Of a stretch of DNA of 64,000 nt, positions 9,115-19,170 are shown one piece after another. The notes under the pieces were generated by a model that searched no databases, had not been told where the DNA came from, and saw only the letters and a list, made by a program, of their open reading frames with translations. The DNA lies in the NCBI GenBank assembly GCA_965219455.1, contig OZ244744.1, forward strand, positions 480,001 to 544,000. The letters run 5' to 3'. Source of the stretch: Candidatus Latescibacterota bacterium (lineage in GTDB: Bacteria > Latescibacterota > UBA2968 > GCA-2709665). Position 1 is the first letter of the stretch. Each line of letters opens with the position of its first letter. Both the position numbers and the translations under genes were made by a program.

Positions 9115-11121
9115 ATGGCCAGTCCCCAAAGAAACGTAAAGTCCGGCAAAACGGACGAAGTCCCCACCGAAGGGTCCCGAGGCGTCACGGTCCGATCCGT
9201 CGTTTCGGGCCTGGTCCTGGTCGTCGGTCTGGACGCCCTGGCGATCCACCTGCGGTACGTCGTGCATGGCTCGTTAATGACCTACAGCCATGTCCCGATG
9301 GCCTTGCTCATTGGGTTTACGCTGATGATCCTCATCGGCGCGCTGATCGTACGTTTTTCCGGATGGAAGCTCTCACCGGCGGAATGGCATACCATCCTGG
9401 CCATGGGCGTTGTCGGCGCCGCCATACCCGGCTTCGGCATCAGCGGATACCTGATCGGTTACATCGCAACCCCCTATTATTTCGCCACCGAAGTCAACGA
9501 ATGGACCACTTACCTGCATCCTTATATGAATCCGTGGCTTATCCCCACGGACGAAAACAAAGCGGTCACCTGGTTCTTCGAGGGAATCCCCAGGGGCGCG
9601 CCGATTCCCTGGGGCGCATGGGTCCTTCCGCTGCTATGGTGGACCACGTTCATCGTGGCCGCATTTGTCGTTTTGGCCTGTGTCGCCGTCGTTTTTCGCA
9701 AACAATGGGTACAAAACGAGCGACTGGCTTTTCCCGCTATGGCGCCCCTGATCAACATGGCGGAGAATCCGGGCAGAGGTAAATTCGCGCTGCCGGATTT
9801 CACCAGGAATTACCTGTTCTGGATCGGGTTCGGACTGGCCTTCGGGATGATCGCGTGGAACTGCATCAACTACTTCCTGCCCGGCTTTCCGCGGTTTCCC
9901 ATCTACCGTGGAAGTTGGTACTGGATCGACAGGCAGCATCCGCCAGTGTTTCGTTTCCTGGGACTCTTCACCATCTTTTTTTCTTATTTCGCCAGCCTGG
10001 ACGTACTCTTCAGCATCTGGTTTTTTGACCTGTTGTTTATCTTCGAAGGCGGCTGGCTGCACCGGCGGGGATTTACGGCCATATCCCCCTACTATTATCG
10101 CGGCGTCTACTATTGGCAGACCAAGGGCGCATTCGTGGTTCTGACGGCCTCGGTTTTCTGGGTTGCCAGACGGCACATAAGGGATGTGATCCGCAAAGCC
10201 TGGCGCAAGAGCGATCCCCTGGACGACCGGGACGAACCGCTCTCCTATCGGACGGCTGTTATCGCCATGCTCGTGGGCCTGGCCTACATGTTGCTCTGGC
10301 TCACGCGCATCGGCTTTGATCCACTGCTGGCCGCCCTCCTCCTACCGGCGGTGATCTTTACCTACGTTGGCATGGCCAAGATTCTCGCCGAAACCGGCAT
10401 GCCTTACACGAACGTCCCCGCCGGCCCCTGGGGCCTCGTGGCGCCCTTTCTCGAGGGACCCACAGTCAACGCAAGCACACGAGTCGCCCTCCGGTTCGCC
10501 TCCAGGATTACTTCCCATTTCAAGGGTCTCTTCCTGCCCGCGCTTGCCCACGCGGGGCGCGTGGCGGAAGGCGTTCGGGGCGACCGCAGGAAGCTCATGC
10601 TGGCCGTCGGGATGGCCTTTGTGACCAGCTACGGCGTGAGCGTATTGCTCACGATCCACATGGGATACCGCGACGGTGCATACAACTTCAACTCATGGGA
10701 GATCGTACGCGCGGGGCCCAAACATTTCGAAGGCACCGCGACTTCCGTCAAGAACCTCCTCGCAAAAAAGCCGAATCCGCCCGTTTACCGTGAGCACCCT
10801 GAACAGGTCGTGTTTTTCGGCCTGGGCGGCCTGGTCACGCTCCTGCTCATTTACTTGCGACATCGATTCGTCTGGTGGCCGCTACATCCCGTTGGAATGG
10901 CAATCTCCGGCTCCTATCTTGCCCGCCGGACCGGCATGACCATCCTTCTTGCCTGGCTCGTCAAATTGGTGATGCTCAAAGTGGGGGGGCCTTCGTTTTT
11001 CAGAAAGTCACGCCCCCTCTTCATCGGCCTGCTCACCGGCTATGTATTGGGAGTTGCCCTCTCCGCTTTCATCGACATCCTGTGGTTCCCCGAGCGCGGC
11101 CACAGCGTTCATCGATATTAA
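9115..11121 (+). CDS. Polytopic membrane protein, DUF6785/DUF6784-like (OPT-related)
   Basis: Many TM helices; motifs YFATEVNEW, PWGAWVLPLLWW, RKQWVQNERLAFP, WWPLHPVG; paralog at 62692. Confidence 0.75.
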   Translation: MASPQRNVKSGKTDEVPTEGSRGVTVRSVVSGLVLVVGLDALAIHLRYVVHGSLMTYSHVPMALLIGFTLMILIGALIVRFSGWKLSPAEWHTILAMGVVGAAIPGFGISGYLIGYIATPYYFATEVNEWTTYLHPYMNPWLIPTDENKAVTWFFEGIPRGAPIPWGAWVLPLLWWTTFIVAAFVVLACVAVVFRKQWVQNERLAFPAMAPLINMAENPGRGKFALPDFTRNYLFWIGFGLAFGMIAWNCINYFLPGFPRFPIYRGSWYWIDRQHPPVFRFLGLFTIFFSYFASLDVLFSIWFFDLLFIFEGGWLHRRGFTAISPYYYRGVYYWQTKGAFVVLTASVFWVARRHIRDVIRKAWRKSDPLDDRDEPLSYRTAVIAMLVGLAYMLLWLTRIGFDPLLAALLLPAVIFTYVGMAKILAETGMPYTNVPAGPWGLVAPFLEGPTVNASTRVALRFASRITSHFKGLFLPALAHAGRVAEGVRGDRRKLMLAVGMAFVTSYGVSVLLTIHMGYRDGAYNFNSWEIVRAGPKHFEGTATSVKNLLAKKPNPPVYREHPEQVVFFGLGGLVTLLLIYLRHRFVWWPLHPVGMAISGSYLARRTGMTILLAWLVKLVMLKVGGPSFFRKSRPLFIGLLTGYVLGVALSAFIDILWFPERGHSVHRY

Positions 11122-11226
11122 TCTGCGCGCACGCGAGGCCTTCGCCGAACGGCGCACGCAGCGTGTGTCTTTGTGGCAACACAGCCCATCAATCGCAGTC
11201 TTACAGGAGCTTTTGCGTATTTTCCA

Positions 11227-14200
11227 ATGAAAAGCCGCCGTATCTTACCCTTCGTGGCGCTCTTGCTCACCGCCGCCGCCTTTATCGGCCTGGCGGTGGG
11301 CCCGGAACGCATCAACCCGCTTCTTTCCTCCCTGTTGGGTCTGCAGGCGCCCCGACCCACGCCGTCCATGCCGGTCCCGGGAGCCAGCGAAACATCGGTC
11401 CGCGTCCTGGATACCGTCTCGCATGACGGCGTGCGGGCCCACATGGCCCGCTTTACGGGACACGGCTCACGAATACCGGGATATCCCGGCCACAACGCCG
11501 CCGCAGACTATATCCGCCAAGCTTTCGAACGCGCCGGACTCCAGGACGTCCGCGCCGAGCCCTTCAACGTTACCGCCCCAATCGACAAAGGCGGCAAACT
11601 GACCCTCTTGCGCGACAAAACCACGTTTCCCATTCACGCCATCTGGCCGAACCTGGTCAAGACGTCCACGCTGCCGCGGGGAGGGGTTCGCACGCGCCTG
11701 ATCTACGGGGCGAACGGCGAATTTTCCGACTTCAACGGTCACGCGCTCGACGGTGCGGCCGTCCTGATGGAATTCAACACCCGCAACAGCTGGCTCAACG
11801 CGGCCACCCTCGGGGCGGGACAAATCATTTTCATTGAACCGGACTCCACCTTTTACACCGAAGCCGAACAGAAATTCCTGCAGGTGCCCAACAGCGTTGA
11901 ACGCTTCTGGATCGACAAACAGTCCGGGCAGGCCCTCAAGCGGTTGCTGGCACAGTACAGCGAACTGCAAATCGAACTGACCGCGAGAATGGATTGGGAG
12001 AGCCACACCGCCCACAATATTCTAGGCTTTCTGCCGGGCACGGATCCGGATCTTCGGGACCAGATCGTCGTGATCAACGCGTACTACGACGCCATGTCCG
12101 TTGTACCTGCCCTCGCCCCGGGCGCTGAGATGGCCAGCGGCGCCGTCGCACTGCTAGAACTGGTCAACTACTTCCAGCGATATCCGACGGGGCGCACGGT
12201 GCTTTTTCTGGCCACGTCCGCCCACCACCTGGGCTTTCGCGGGATCTGCGATTTTCTGGGCCGCCACGCCCGTAAGGAACGACACTTTGCCGCCCTGATG
12301 ACCGATCCCATAGACATTCGGCTCTTCATCGGACTGGACCTCTCCAGCCAGACCTCTCAGATCGGAGTCTGGAACAGCACGCGCAACTTCTATTACAATC
12401 GGTTCTTCACGCCGTTCGGCAAGAAATTCGTCAGGATCTCCAAAGCCATCGCGCCCGGCTTCGGGCTCGATCCCGAGCATGCGCTGCTGGACGGCATCAA
12501 TCCCACGGGCGGAATGACCTGGGACATGTATATTCCCGGCGCCAACCTGAAGACCGATGGCGAAGTGGTTCTCGAAGCAGGCACGCTCGCCCTGTCTCTG
12601 GTCACGTTGAACGATGCCCGTTTTCGCGTCGATACGCCGCTGGACCGACCGGATAGGGTCAACCTTGAAAACCTCACCAGACAAATCCGCCTGATCACCG
12701 GCGTTCTCGACATTGCCCTGAACGACCCCTCGCTTATCCCTGATTACCGACTCAACCCGGACGACCGCATGCGCGGCCTTAAGGGATTCGTGCGGACCTA
12801 TCCCAGGCGCAGCATCGTACCCGACCGCCCCAAAGCCGGCGCAATCGCCGCGCTTCGCATGGGCATCGACAAATCGGTCAAGGGCGTACGCCGCATCTAT
12901 TACGACCTCGCAGACGAAAACGGCGAATTCTACATGCCCGGTATCGCCGAAAGGCGCGTGTCCGTCAGCGCGTACTACCAGGATCGGGACACCGGCGAAA
13001 TCACCTACGCCCCCAACTTTGGACAACAGGCGCGCATCTACCGGGGCGACTTCGATATGGACTGGTGGATCTCCAAGCGAAATCTCATTTTATTCCCCTG
13101 CGTCACCACGGACTTTTACGATACCGTCGATCCACGATACCTCACCAAACTCTCGCAGATCAGTGTTTACGGAAGCGGCAACGTCACGCCGCAGGAATAC
13201 GGTTACGCCATCGGATTCGGTCCGACGGAACCCGTAGGCACGCTGTTCACCCAACCCGGCGAGAGGGTCAAAATCGCCATGCGCTCGGGCGACGTCACCG
13301 CAGGTTCAGGCGACATCGGCATCCGGTACCTGCTGCTGAACGCCAACAGCGCGGAGAGTGAGGAAATTGCCCGTGGCCGGGGGTATCCCACCTTCACCCA
13401 CGGTTCGTTTCCACGCACATCCTTTCGGGCCGCCCGGGACATGTGGTTCCTGAACGAAGCCCGCAAACGGGAGATGAAGAAATACGCCATTGAAAACCAG
13501 CGCCTGGACTTCCTCCACAGCCAGGCCAGGCACCACCTCAACATGGCTGAGGAAGCGATGTCCGCAAAACGCTGGGATGGCTTTATGAAACACACGCGGG
13601 CGGCGCTCGGCATCGAGTCCCGCGCCTATCCGGACGTCAAAGACACACAGAACGACGTGGTCCGCGGCATCATTTTCTTTATGGCCCTGGTTATCCCCTG
13701 CGCGTTTTTTGCCGAACGCCTTATCTTCACCGCCGTGGATATCCGGAGACAAATCGTCGGATTTGCGGGCATATTTTTCGTCATCTGGCTCTTTCTTTCA
13801 AGAGTACATCCGGCATTCGAAATCTCCAATCCGTTGGTCGTCCTGCTCGCCTTCATAATTCTGGCGCTTGCGGCATTTGTCATTACGCTGGTCTTCAAGC
13901 GCTTCAACGAGAACATGCGGCGGCTGCGCGTCCCGGAAGTACTTCTGCACGAAACCGACGTCGGCCGAATATCTGCATCGATGGCGGCCTTCCAGCTAGG
14001 TATAGCGAACATGAAACGACGCAAACTGCGCACGGTACTTACGTTTACCACGCTGTTGCTGCTCACCTTCACCGTTCTCTCGTTCACATCCATCAAGTCG
14101 GTCATGGAATATCCCCGGATTCCGAAAGGCACCGAGGGCGCCTATCCGGGCATGCTCATCCGCAGCAAATTCTGGGGCGCGCTCGAAGACGTCGTTTATG

Positions 14201-15762
14201 ATTACGCCTTCACGCAATTCGGGGAATCCGCCATAACCGCCCCTCGGAGCTGGTACTACACGCGGGAAAAGAAGATCATTCCCGTGAAGTCCGAGACCCA
14301 TTCGACCCACGCTCTGGGCGTCCTGGGAATGACGCCCCAGGAGGCTGACGTTACCGGCGTCCACCTCACCCTCAAGACCGGCCGCTGGTTCCGTCCGGGC
14401 GAGACCGCCTGCATCCTGTCCCAAAAGATGGCGGACCTTCTCGGCGTTGACCCGGGACGCCTGGGGGCGTCTCGCATCCGGATTTTCGGCGAATCCCTTC
14501 CGGTTATCGCCCTGATCGACGCCGAGGCATTCAATGGGCTTAAAGACCTGGATGGGGAAACCCTCAGTCCCGCGGATTTCAAGCTCACCGACGAGGAAGC
14601 CATCGCCCAGATGACGACCCAGGAAACACGGGAAAAACAGGGCCTCGAACAACCGGAAGTTGAAATCATGCCCTTTGAACACATCAACCCGGACGATATC
14701 CTGATTGTGCCCTACCAATTCCTGCGCCAGGTAGGAAGCCCGCTGCAATCGGTTGCGCTGCGTTTTGACGCTGGGGCAAACGTGGAGGCCCACGTCAAGG
14801 AACTCCTCACCAGACTCTCGGTGGTGCTCTTTGCAGGATTGCCGGGCGCGGACGGGCGTATCAACGTCTCCGTCTTCAGTTCGCTCGGCGACACGTCGAT
14901 CCGCGGGTTGAGCAACCTCTTTATCCCCATTCTCATTGCATCCCTTATCGTGCTGAACACCATGATGGGATCGGTTTACGAACGTTTCCGTGAAATCGGC
15001 GTCTATTCCGCGGTGGGCCTGGCTCCGGTCCACGTTGCCTTTCTTTTTATTGCCGAAGCGTGCGTCTACGCGGTCCTCGGCACGGTGAGCGGCTACCTGA
15101 TGGGCCAGGGCGTTGCCAAGTTGCTGCTGTGGCAGGACTGGCTCTCCGGCATCTCGCTGAACTACTCCGCCCGCTCCGCGGTTGCCGCGTCTATCCTGGT
15201 CATGGCCGTTGTGATCCTGTCAACCATCTATCCGGCGCGCCAGGCCTCTCGGATGGCCGTGCCGGACGTGTCCCGTCGGTGGAAAATCCCCGAGCCGGAA
15301 GGCGACGACTGGCGGTTCGAATTCCCCTTTACAGTTGGCGGCAATGACGTGTTCGGACTCTGCGTCTTTCTCACGGACTACTTCCAGTCCCACAGCGGCG
15401 AAGCTATTGGGGCATTTTACACGGACGGAGCCGACTTATACAGGATCGGAAACGCGAACGACCCGGAGGGGTACGCCATCCACACAACCCTTTGGCTGGC
15501 TCCCTTCGATCTGGGTGTGAGCCAGGAGCTTCGTTTCGAGGCGGAAGCTACCGGCGAATTCAACATCTACACCCTGACGCTCTCACTCAGGCGCCTCTCC
15601 GGTGAAGTCGCGTCGTGGCGCCGGGTCAACCAGGGGTTCATGAACACCCTGCGCAAACAGTTTCTCATATGGCGTACCGTCGGTCCCGACGACAAAGCGG
15701 CTTACCGCGAAAAAGGCTTGCGGATGCTGACCTCCGGCGAACAGGCGGCGAAACCCGCATAA
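11227..15762 (+). CDS. Large M28-peptidase-like/PA-domain + FtsX-like ABC permease fusion
   Basis: N-terminal TM; GSRIPGYPGH...AADYI, NILGFLPG, AYYD, APGA..ASG (M28 fold); RRKLRTVLT and YERFREIGVYSAVG (FtsX/MacB permease). Start could be 11173. Confidence 0.75.
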   Translation: MKSRRILPFVALLLTAAAFIGLAVGPERINPLLSSLLGLQAPRPTPSMPVPGASETSVRVLDTVSHDGVRAHMARFTGHGSRIPGYPGHNAAADYIRQAFERAGLQDVRAEPFNVTAPIDKGGKLTLLRDKTTFPIHAIWPNLVKTSTLPRGGVRTRLIYGANGEFSDFNGHALDGAAVLMEFNTRNSWLNAATLGAGQIIFIEPDSTFYTEAEQKFLQVPNSVERFWIDKQSGQALKRLLAQYSELQIELTARMDWESHTAHNILGFLPGTDPDLRDQIVVINAYYDAMSVVPALAPGAEMASGAVALLELVNYFQRYPTGRTVLFLATSAHHLGFRGICDFLGRHARKERHFAALMTDPIDIRLFIGLDLSSQTSQIGVWNSTRNFYYNRFFTPFGKKFVRISKAIAPGFGLDPEHALLDGINPTGGMTWDMYIPGANLKTDGEVVLEAGTLALSLVTLNDARFRVDTPLDRPDRVNLENLTRQIRLITGVLDIALNDPSLIPDYRLNPDDRMRGLKGFVRTYPRRSIVPDRPKAGAIAALRMGIDKSVKGVRRIYYDLADENGEFYMPGIAERRVSVSAYYQDRDTGEITYAPNFGQQARIYRGDFDMDWWISKRNLILFPCVTTDFYDTVDPRYLTKLSQISVYGSGNVTPQEYGYAIGFGPTEPVGTLFTQPGERVKIAMRSGDVTAGSGDIGIRYLLLNANSAESEEIARGRGYPTFTHGSFPRTSFRAARDMWFLNEARKREMKKYAIENQRLDFLHSQARHHLNMAEEAMSAKRWDGFMKHTRAALGIESRAYPDVKDTQNDVVRGIIFFMALVIPCAFFAERLIFTAVDIRRQIVGFAGIFFVIWLFLSRVHPAFEISNPLVVLLAFIILALAAFVITLVFKRFNENMRRLRVPEVLLHETDVGRISASMAAFQLGIANMKRRKLRTVLTFTTLLLLTFTVLSFTSIKSVMEYPRIPKGTEGAYPGMLIRSKFWGALEDVVYDYAFTQFGESAITAPRSWYYTREKKIIPVKSETHSTHALGVLGMTPQEADVTGVHLTLKTGRWFRPGETACILSQKMADLLGVDPGRLGASRIRIFGESLPVIALIDAEAFNGLKDLDGETLSPADFKLTDEEAIAQMTTQETREKQGLEQPEVEIMPFEHINPDDILIVPYQFLRQVGSPLQSVALRFDAGANVEAHVKELLTRLSVVLFAGLPGADGRINVSVFSSLGDTSIRGLSNLFIPILIASLIVLNTMMGSVYERFREIGVYSAVGLAPVHVAFLFIAEACVYAVLGTVSGYLMGQGVAKLLLWQDWLSGISLNYSARSAVAASILVMAVVILSTIYPARQASRMAVPDVSRRWKIPEPEGDDWRFEFPFTVGGNDVFGLCVFLTDYFQSHSGEAIGAFYTDGADLYRIGNANDPEGYAIHTTLWLAPFDLGVSQELRFEAEATGEFNIYTLTLSLRRLSGEVASWRRVNQGFMNTLRKQFLIWRTVGPDDKAAYREKGLRMLTSGEQAAKPA

Positions 15763-15824
15763 GTAGAGACCCGCCCCGGATCGGGCAACTTCGGGTTTTC
15801 CGAATGCGCAAACAGGAAATTGTC

Positions 15825-15853
15825 TTTGCAAATCCGGCCGTTGTATGTATAAT
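15825..15853 (+). promoter_or_regulatory. Putative sigma70 promoter
   Basis: TTTGCA-N17-TATAAT upstream of ATG 15890. Confidence 0.5.
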
Positions 15854-15889
15854 TCCGGCCCGTCAACCCTCACATCTCGATAGAGTTCC

Positions 15890-18310
15890 ATGGCGTTATT
15901 AAACCGGTTTCTCAAACGAAAAACCAATCCGTTCCAGGAGATCGAAGAATACCGGGATCTGCTTGAAGTCCCAAAGGAATTCGACGAGGGCTTCAACTCC
16001 AAGACCATTCTCGGCGCGCTCTTCGTCTCCATTATTATGGTTCCGGGGAACATCTACCTGGAACTGATGGTGGGCCAAACGGTTGGCGCCGCGGCACAGT
16101 GGGTGACGATCATACTGTTCCTGGAACTGGCCAAGCGCTCGTTCACCGTGCTGAAGAAACAGGAACTTTATCTTCTCTTTTATGTCACCAGCGCCCTGGT
16201 TGCCCGAGAAACCGGCGCATTCGAGGGCCTGCTCTGGCACCAGTACTACGTTCAGTCACCCGCCGCCAAACAGTTCGGCATCTCGCACCTCATCCCCCGC
16301 TGGTGGGCGCCCCCACCCGACTCCCCCGCCCTGATCGACCGCACCTTCCTGCACGCGGACTGGCTCCTTCCCATCTCCCTGCTCGTCCTGGGAACAATTA
16401 TGGTCCGCATCCAGTGGTTCACCGCCAGTTACGTGCTCTTCCGCATCACCTCGGACTACGAACGCCTGCCCTTTCCGTTCGCCCCCATCAACGCCCAGGC
16501 CGCCATGGCGCTTGCGGAAGAGAGCAGCGGGCAATACACATGGAAGTGGCGCGTCTTCAGTATCGGCGCCGTCATCGGTGTGGTATGGGGGGCCGTTTAC
16601 GTGGCCGTGCCCGCCATCACCGGCGCGTTTATGGAAAACCCGCTTCAACTCATCCCCATTCCATGGGTGGATTTTACCCAGTACACGGGTTATTTTCTAG
16701 AGGCCACGCCGATGGGATTCACGCTCCACCTGGCGCCCATTTTCGCCGGCCTTCTGGCCCCCTTCTGGGCCGTCATGGGTGCATTCATCGGCGTCGTCAT
16801 CCATACCGCGGCCAGCCCCATTCTTTACCGACACGGTTACATGCCCCACTGGTTCATGGGCATGGATACCATCATGACGCACTTTGTCACCGGCATCGAC
16901 TTCTGGATGAGCTTCGGGATCGGCATCACTCTAGCCATCGCAATTATCGGGTTCTACCAGGTCTGGACCGGGGTTCGCACCGCCCGGCGGGAAAAGAGCG
17001 AAAAGGGGAGCTGGACGCCACCACCCGGAAGGGGCGACTTCCGCATATGGATCTGCATCGTGCTTTTCTGCCTTTCCAGCATGTACACCATCATCCTGGC
17101 CAAGATTCTCTTTCCCGACCTGGTTGGAAAGGTTCTGCTCACCTTCTTTTTCATCTTCGCTTTTGTCTACACCCCGCTGATCTCCTTTGTCAACGCCCGG
17201 CTCGACGGCCTGGTCGGACAAAACGTCAATATCCCGTATATCAAGGAAGCCACCATCTTTCTGAGCGGGTTCAGGGGCATCGAAATCTGGTTTGTGCCGT
17301 TCCCGCTGGCAAACTGGGGGGCGGAAGCCGAACGTTTCCGGCAGATCGAACTCACGGGCACGAGATTTACGGGGATCCTGAAAGCCGAGCTTTTCATGGT
17401 TCCCCTCATTTTTGTTACCAGCTTCATGTACTGGTCCTACATCTGGAAGCTGGCACCCATACCCTCGGCCTCCTACCCGTACGTACAGCTGATGTGGCCG
17501 CTCAGGGCGCTGCAGAGCAGCGTCTGGTTCACTGGCACCATGCAGGGTGAGGTGGAAACCGATGTGTCCTCCGGAACGGTGTCCTTCCAGCCCAGCAATC
17601 TGCCAGACGGCAACTGGTGGTACTGGCGCGCACGCGCCTCGGCCGACGTCGACATCGAAGATCACGAACAACGCGCCTACGGACCGTGGTCCCGGGTCGG
17701 GTACTTTTATACGAACTTCGAGGATTCGGAACGCCCGTTAACGCCTTCGTTCCCCCTGGACCGTGCAGAACCGGACATTTCCGATGCCCTTCAACAAGGG
17801 CTGCCTTCGGCGCCCGTGTTGAGAAGTCCTTCAGACGAAAGCCACGCGGACAACCCCAACCCCAACATGATCGTTCTCGAAGCCCGGGACCCGCAGGGGC
17901 GGGAAATGGTATACCAGTTCGAAGTAGACCAGGTACCCTCCTTCGACGGTTCTTTTCTTCAGAGTTCCGACGACGTGCCGATCCTGTTCGAGGCCCTCAA
18001 GAAAGAGGTTATCTTCATTGGACTCGCCGTCGGCCTGTTCTCGTTCGTGGTTCTGTCCGTCTTCGGCCTGCCCATACTGCTCATTTTCGGGTACATGCGG
18101 AGCCTGACCAGCATTCCGCACCTCCTCATCACTGAAATCATCGGCGCGCTCCTTGCGCGGTTCTATTTCTGGAAACGCTTCGGCAAACAGCAATGGCGCC
18201 TCTATGCGGCGGTACTTTACGTCGGGTTTTCGGTGGGGATGTCCCTGGTGGGCATGGCCTCCGTCTCCATTGCCATGATCCAGAAAGCGGTCTCGGTACT
18301 GTTGTTCTGA
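15890..18310 (+). CDS. OPT-superfamily-like membrane protein with inserted FN3/Ig-like domain
   Basis: Multi-TM protein with ERLPFP and APIPSASYP motifs; hydrophilic insert containing WYWRARA...GPWS and PSAPVLRSP. Confidence 0.7.
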   Translation: MALLNRFLKRKTNPFQEIEEYRDLLEVPKEFDEGFNSKTILGALFVSIIMVPGNIYLELMVGQTVGAAAQWVTIILFLELAKRSFTVLKKQELYLLFYVTSALVARETGAFEGLLWHQYYVQSPAAKQFGISHLIPRWWAPPPDSPALIDRTFLHADWLLPISLLVLGTIMVRIQWFTASYVLFRITSDYERLPFPFAPINAQAAMALAEESSGQYTWKWRVFSIGAVIGVVWGAVYVAVPAITGAFMENPLQLIPIPWVDFTQYTGYFLEATPMGFTLHLAPIFAGLLAPFWAVMGAFIGVVIHTAASPILYRHGYMPHWFMGMDTIMTHFVTGIDFWMSFGIGITLAIAIIGFYQVWTGVRTARREKSEKGSWTPPPGRGDFRIWICIVLFCLSSMYTIILAKILFPDLVGKVLLTFFFIFAFVYTPLISFVNARLDGLVGQNVNIPYIKEATIFLSGFRGIEIWFVPFPLANWGAEAERFRQIELTGTRFTGILKAELFMVPLIFVTSFMYWSYIWKLAPIPSASYPYVQLMWPLRALQSSVWFTGTMQGEVETDVSSGTVSFQPSNLPDGNWWYWRARASADVDIEDHEQRAYGPWSRVGYFYTNFEDSERPLTPSFPLDRAEPDISDALQQGLPSAPVLRSPSDESHADNPNPNMIVLEARDPQGREMVYQFEVDQVPSFDGSFLQSSDDVPILFEALKKEVIFIGLAVGLFSFVVLSVFGLPILLIFGYMRSLTSIPHLLITEIIGALLARFYFWKRFGKQQWRLYAAVLYVGFSVGMSLVGMASVSIAMIQKAVSVLLF

Positions 18311-18460
18311 GCCCCGCCCGGAGAGCGCGCAGCGCATCGTTTCCTCGCAGGACGGCACGCTGTCGGACTCCTTCCAGACTTCCCTCCTCCCCAGGCCGAT
18401 TTCCTGAAGAAACGGATCCCGCCACGCGGAACCAATGCCGCCATTGTGGGTCGATAACCC

Positions 18461-18489
18461 TTGACTTCGGTTCGGACGGTAACTATTTT
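18461..18489 (+). promoter_or_regulatory. Putative sigma70 promoter of BMC operon
   Basis: TTGACT-N17-TATTTT. Confidence 0.5.
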
Positions 18490-18523
18490 GTCCGGTCGAG
18501 TGATTCGCTCCGGACCGTTCGAC

Positions 18524-18585
18524 CTAATGTCCCGTCCCAGAAATATGTCACCATCCGGCAATCTATTTCCGGGACAGAACACTAA
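18524..18585. mobile_element. IS630-like MITE copy 2 (in 5' leader of BMC operon)
   Basis: CTAATGTCCCGTCCCAGAAATATGTCACCAT...GGCAATCTATTTCCGGGACAGAACACTAA. Confidence 0.7.
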
Positions 18586-18603
18586 CGCCACCGGGACGGA
18601 CGT

Positions 18604-19161
18604 ATGTCAGTCGCAATCGGCATGATCGAAGTCGAAGGCGTCGCCGGCATTATTCTCGCGTCGGATGCCGCCTGTAAAACCGCCGGCGTGGATCTCCTGG
18701 GCTGGGAGTCCATCGGCGGATTCACCACCGTTTTCTTCGGTGGTTCCGTCAGCAAGGTCGCAACGGCGCTAAAGAGCGGCGAAGAGGCGGCCAGAGAGGT
18801 CGTGAGCCACGTGGTGGTGGCGCCGATGACACGACCCGAACCCATCTGTCGGGATTACGTCTCGAATGCCCGGGCTCCGGAGCGGCGAACACCGTCCGGC
18901 GCATTGGGTCTGATCGAAACCAGGGGATATGGCGCTCACATCACCGCCAACGACCACATGGTAAAAGCCGCCGACGTCCAGGTCTATAACGTGCTTACCG
19001 TACACAACCGGGTCGTCTGCTCCCTTATACTGGGCGACGTGGCCTCCGTGAGCGAAGCCCTGCCTGTCGGCCGCGCGTGCGTTGAAGCCGGGGAAAACTT
19101 TCTCTGCGACGCGCTGATCCCTCAACCCCTGCCCGAAGTCCTCCGGGCATTCGGCCCCTGA
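18604..19161 (+). CDS. BMC shell protein with two BMC domains
   Basis: AIGMIEVEG...DAACKTAGV...G.V..V..A and ALGLIETRG...DHMVKAADV...GDVASV. Confidence 0.88.
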   Translation: MSVAIGMIEVEGVAGIILASDAACKTAGVDLLGWESIGGFTTVFFGGSVSKVATALKSGEEAAREVVSHVVVAPMTRPEPICRDYVSNARAPERRTPSGALGLIETRGYGAHITANDHMVKAADVQVYNVLTVHNRVVCSLILGDVASVSEALPVGRACVEAGENFLCDALIPQPLPEVLRAFGP

Positions 19162-19170
19162 GCGGCAGCC

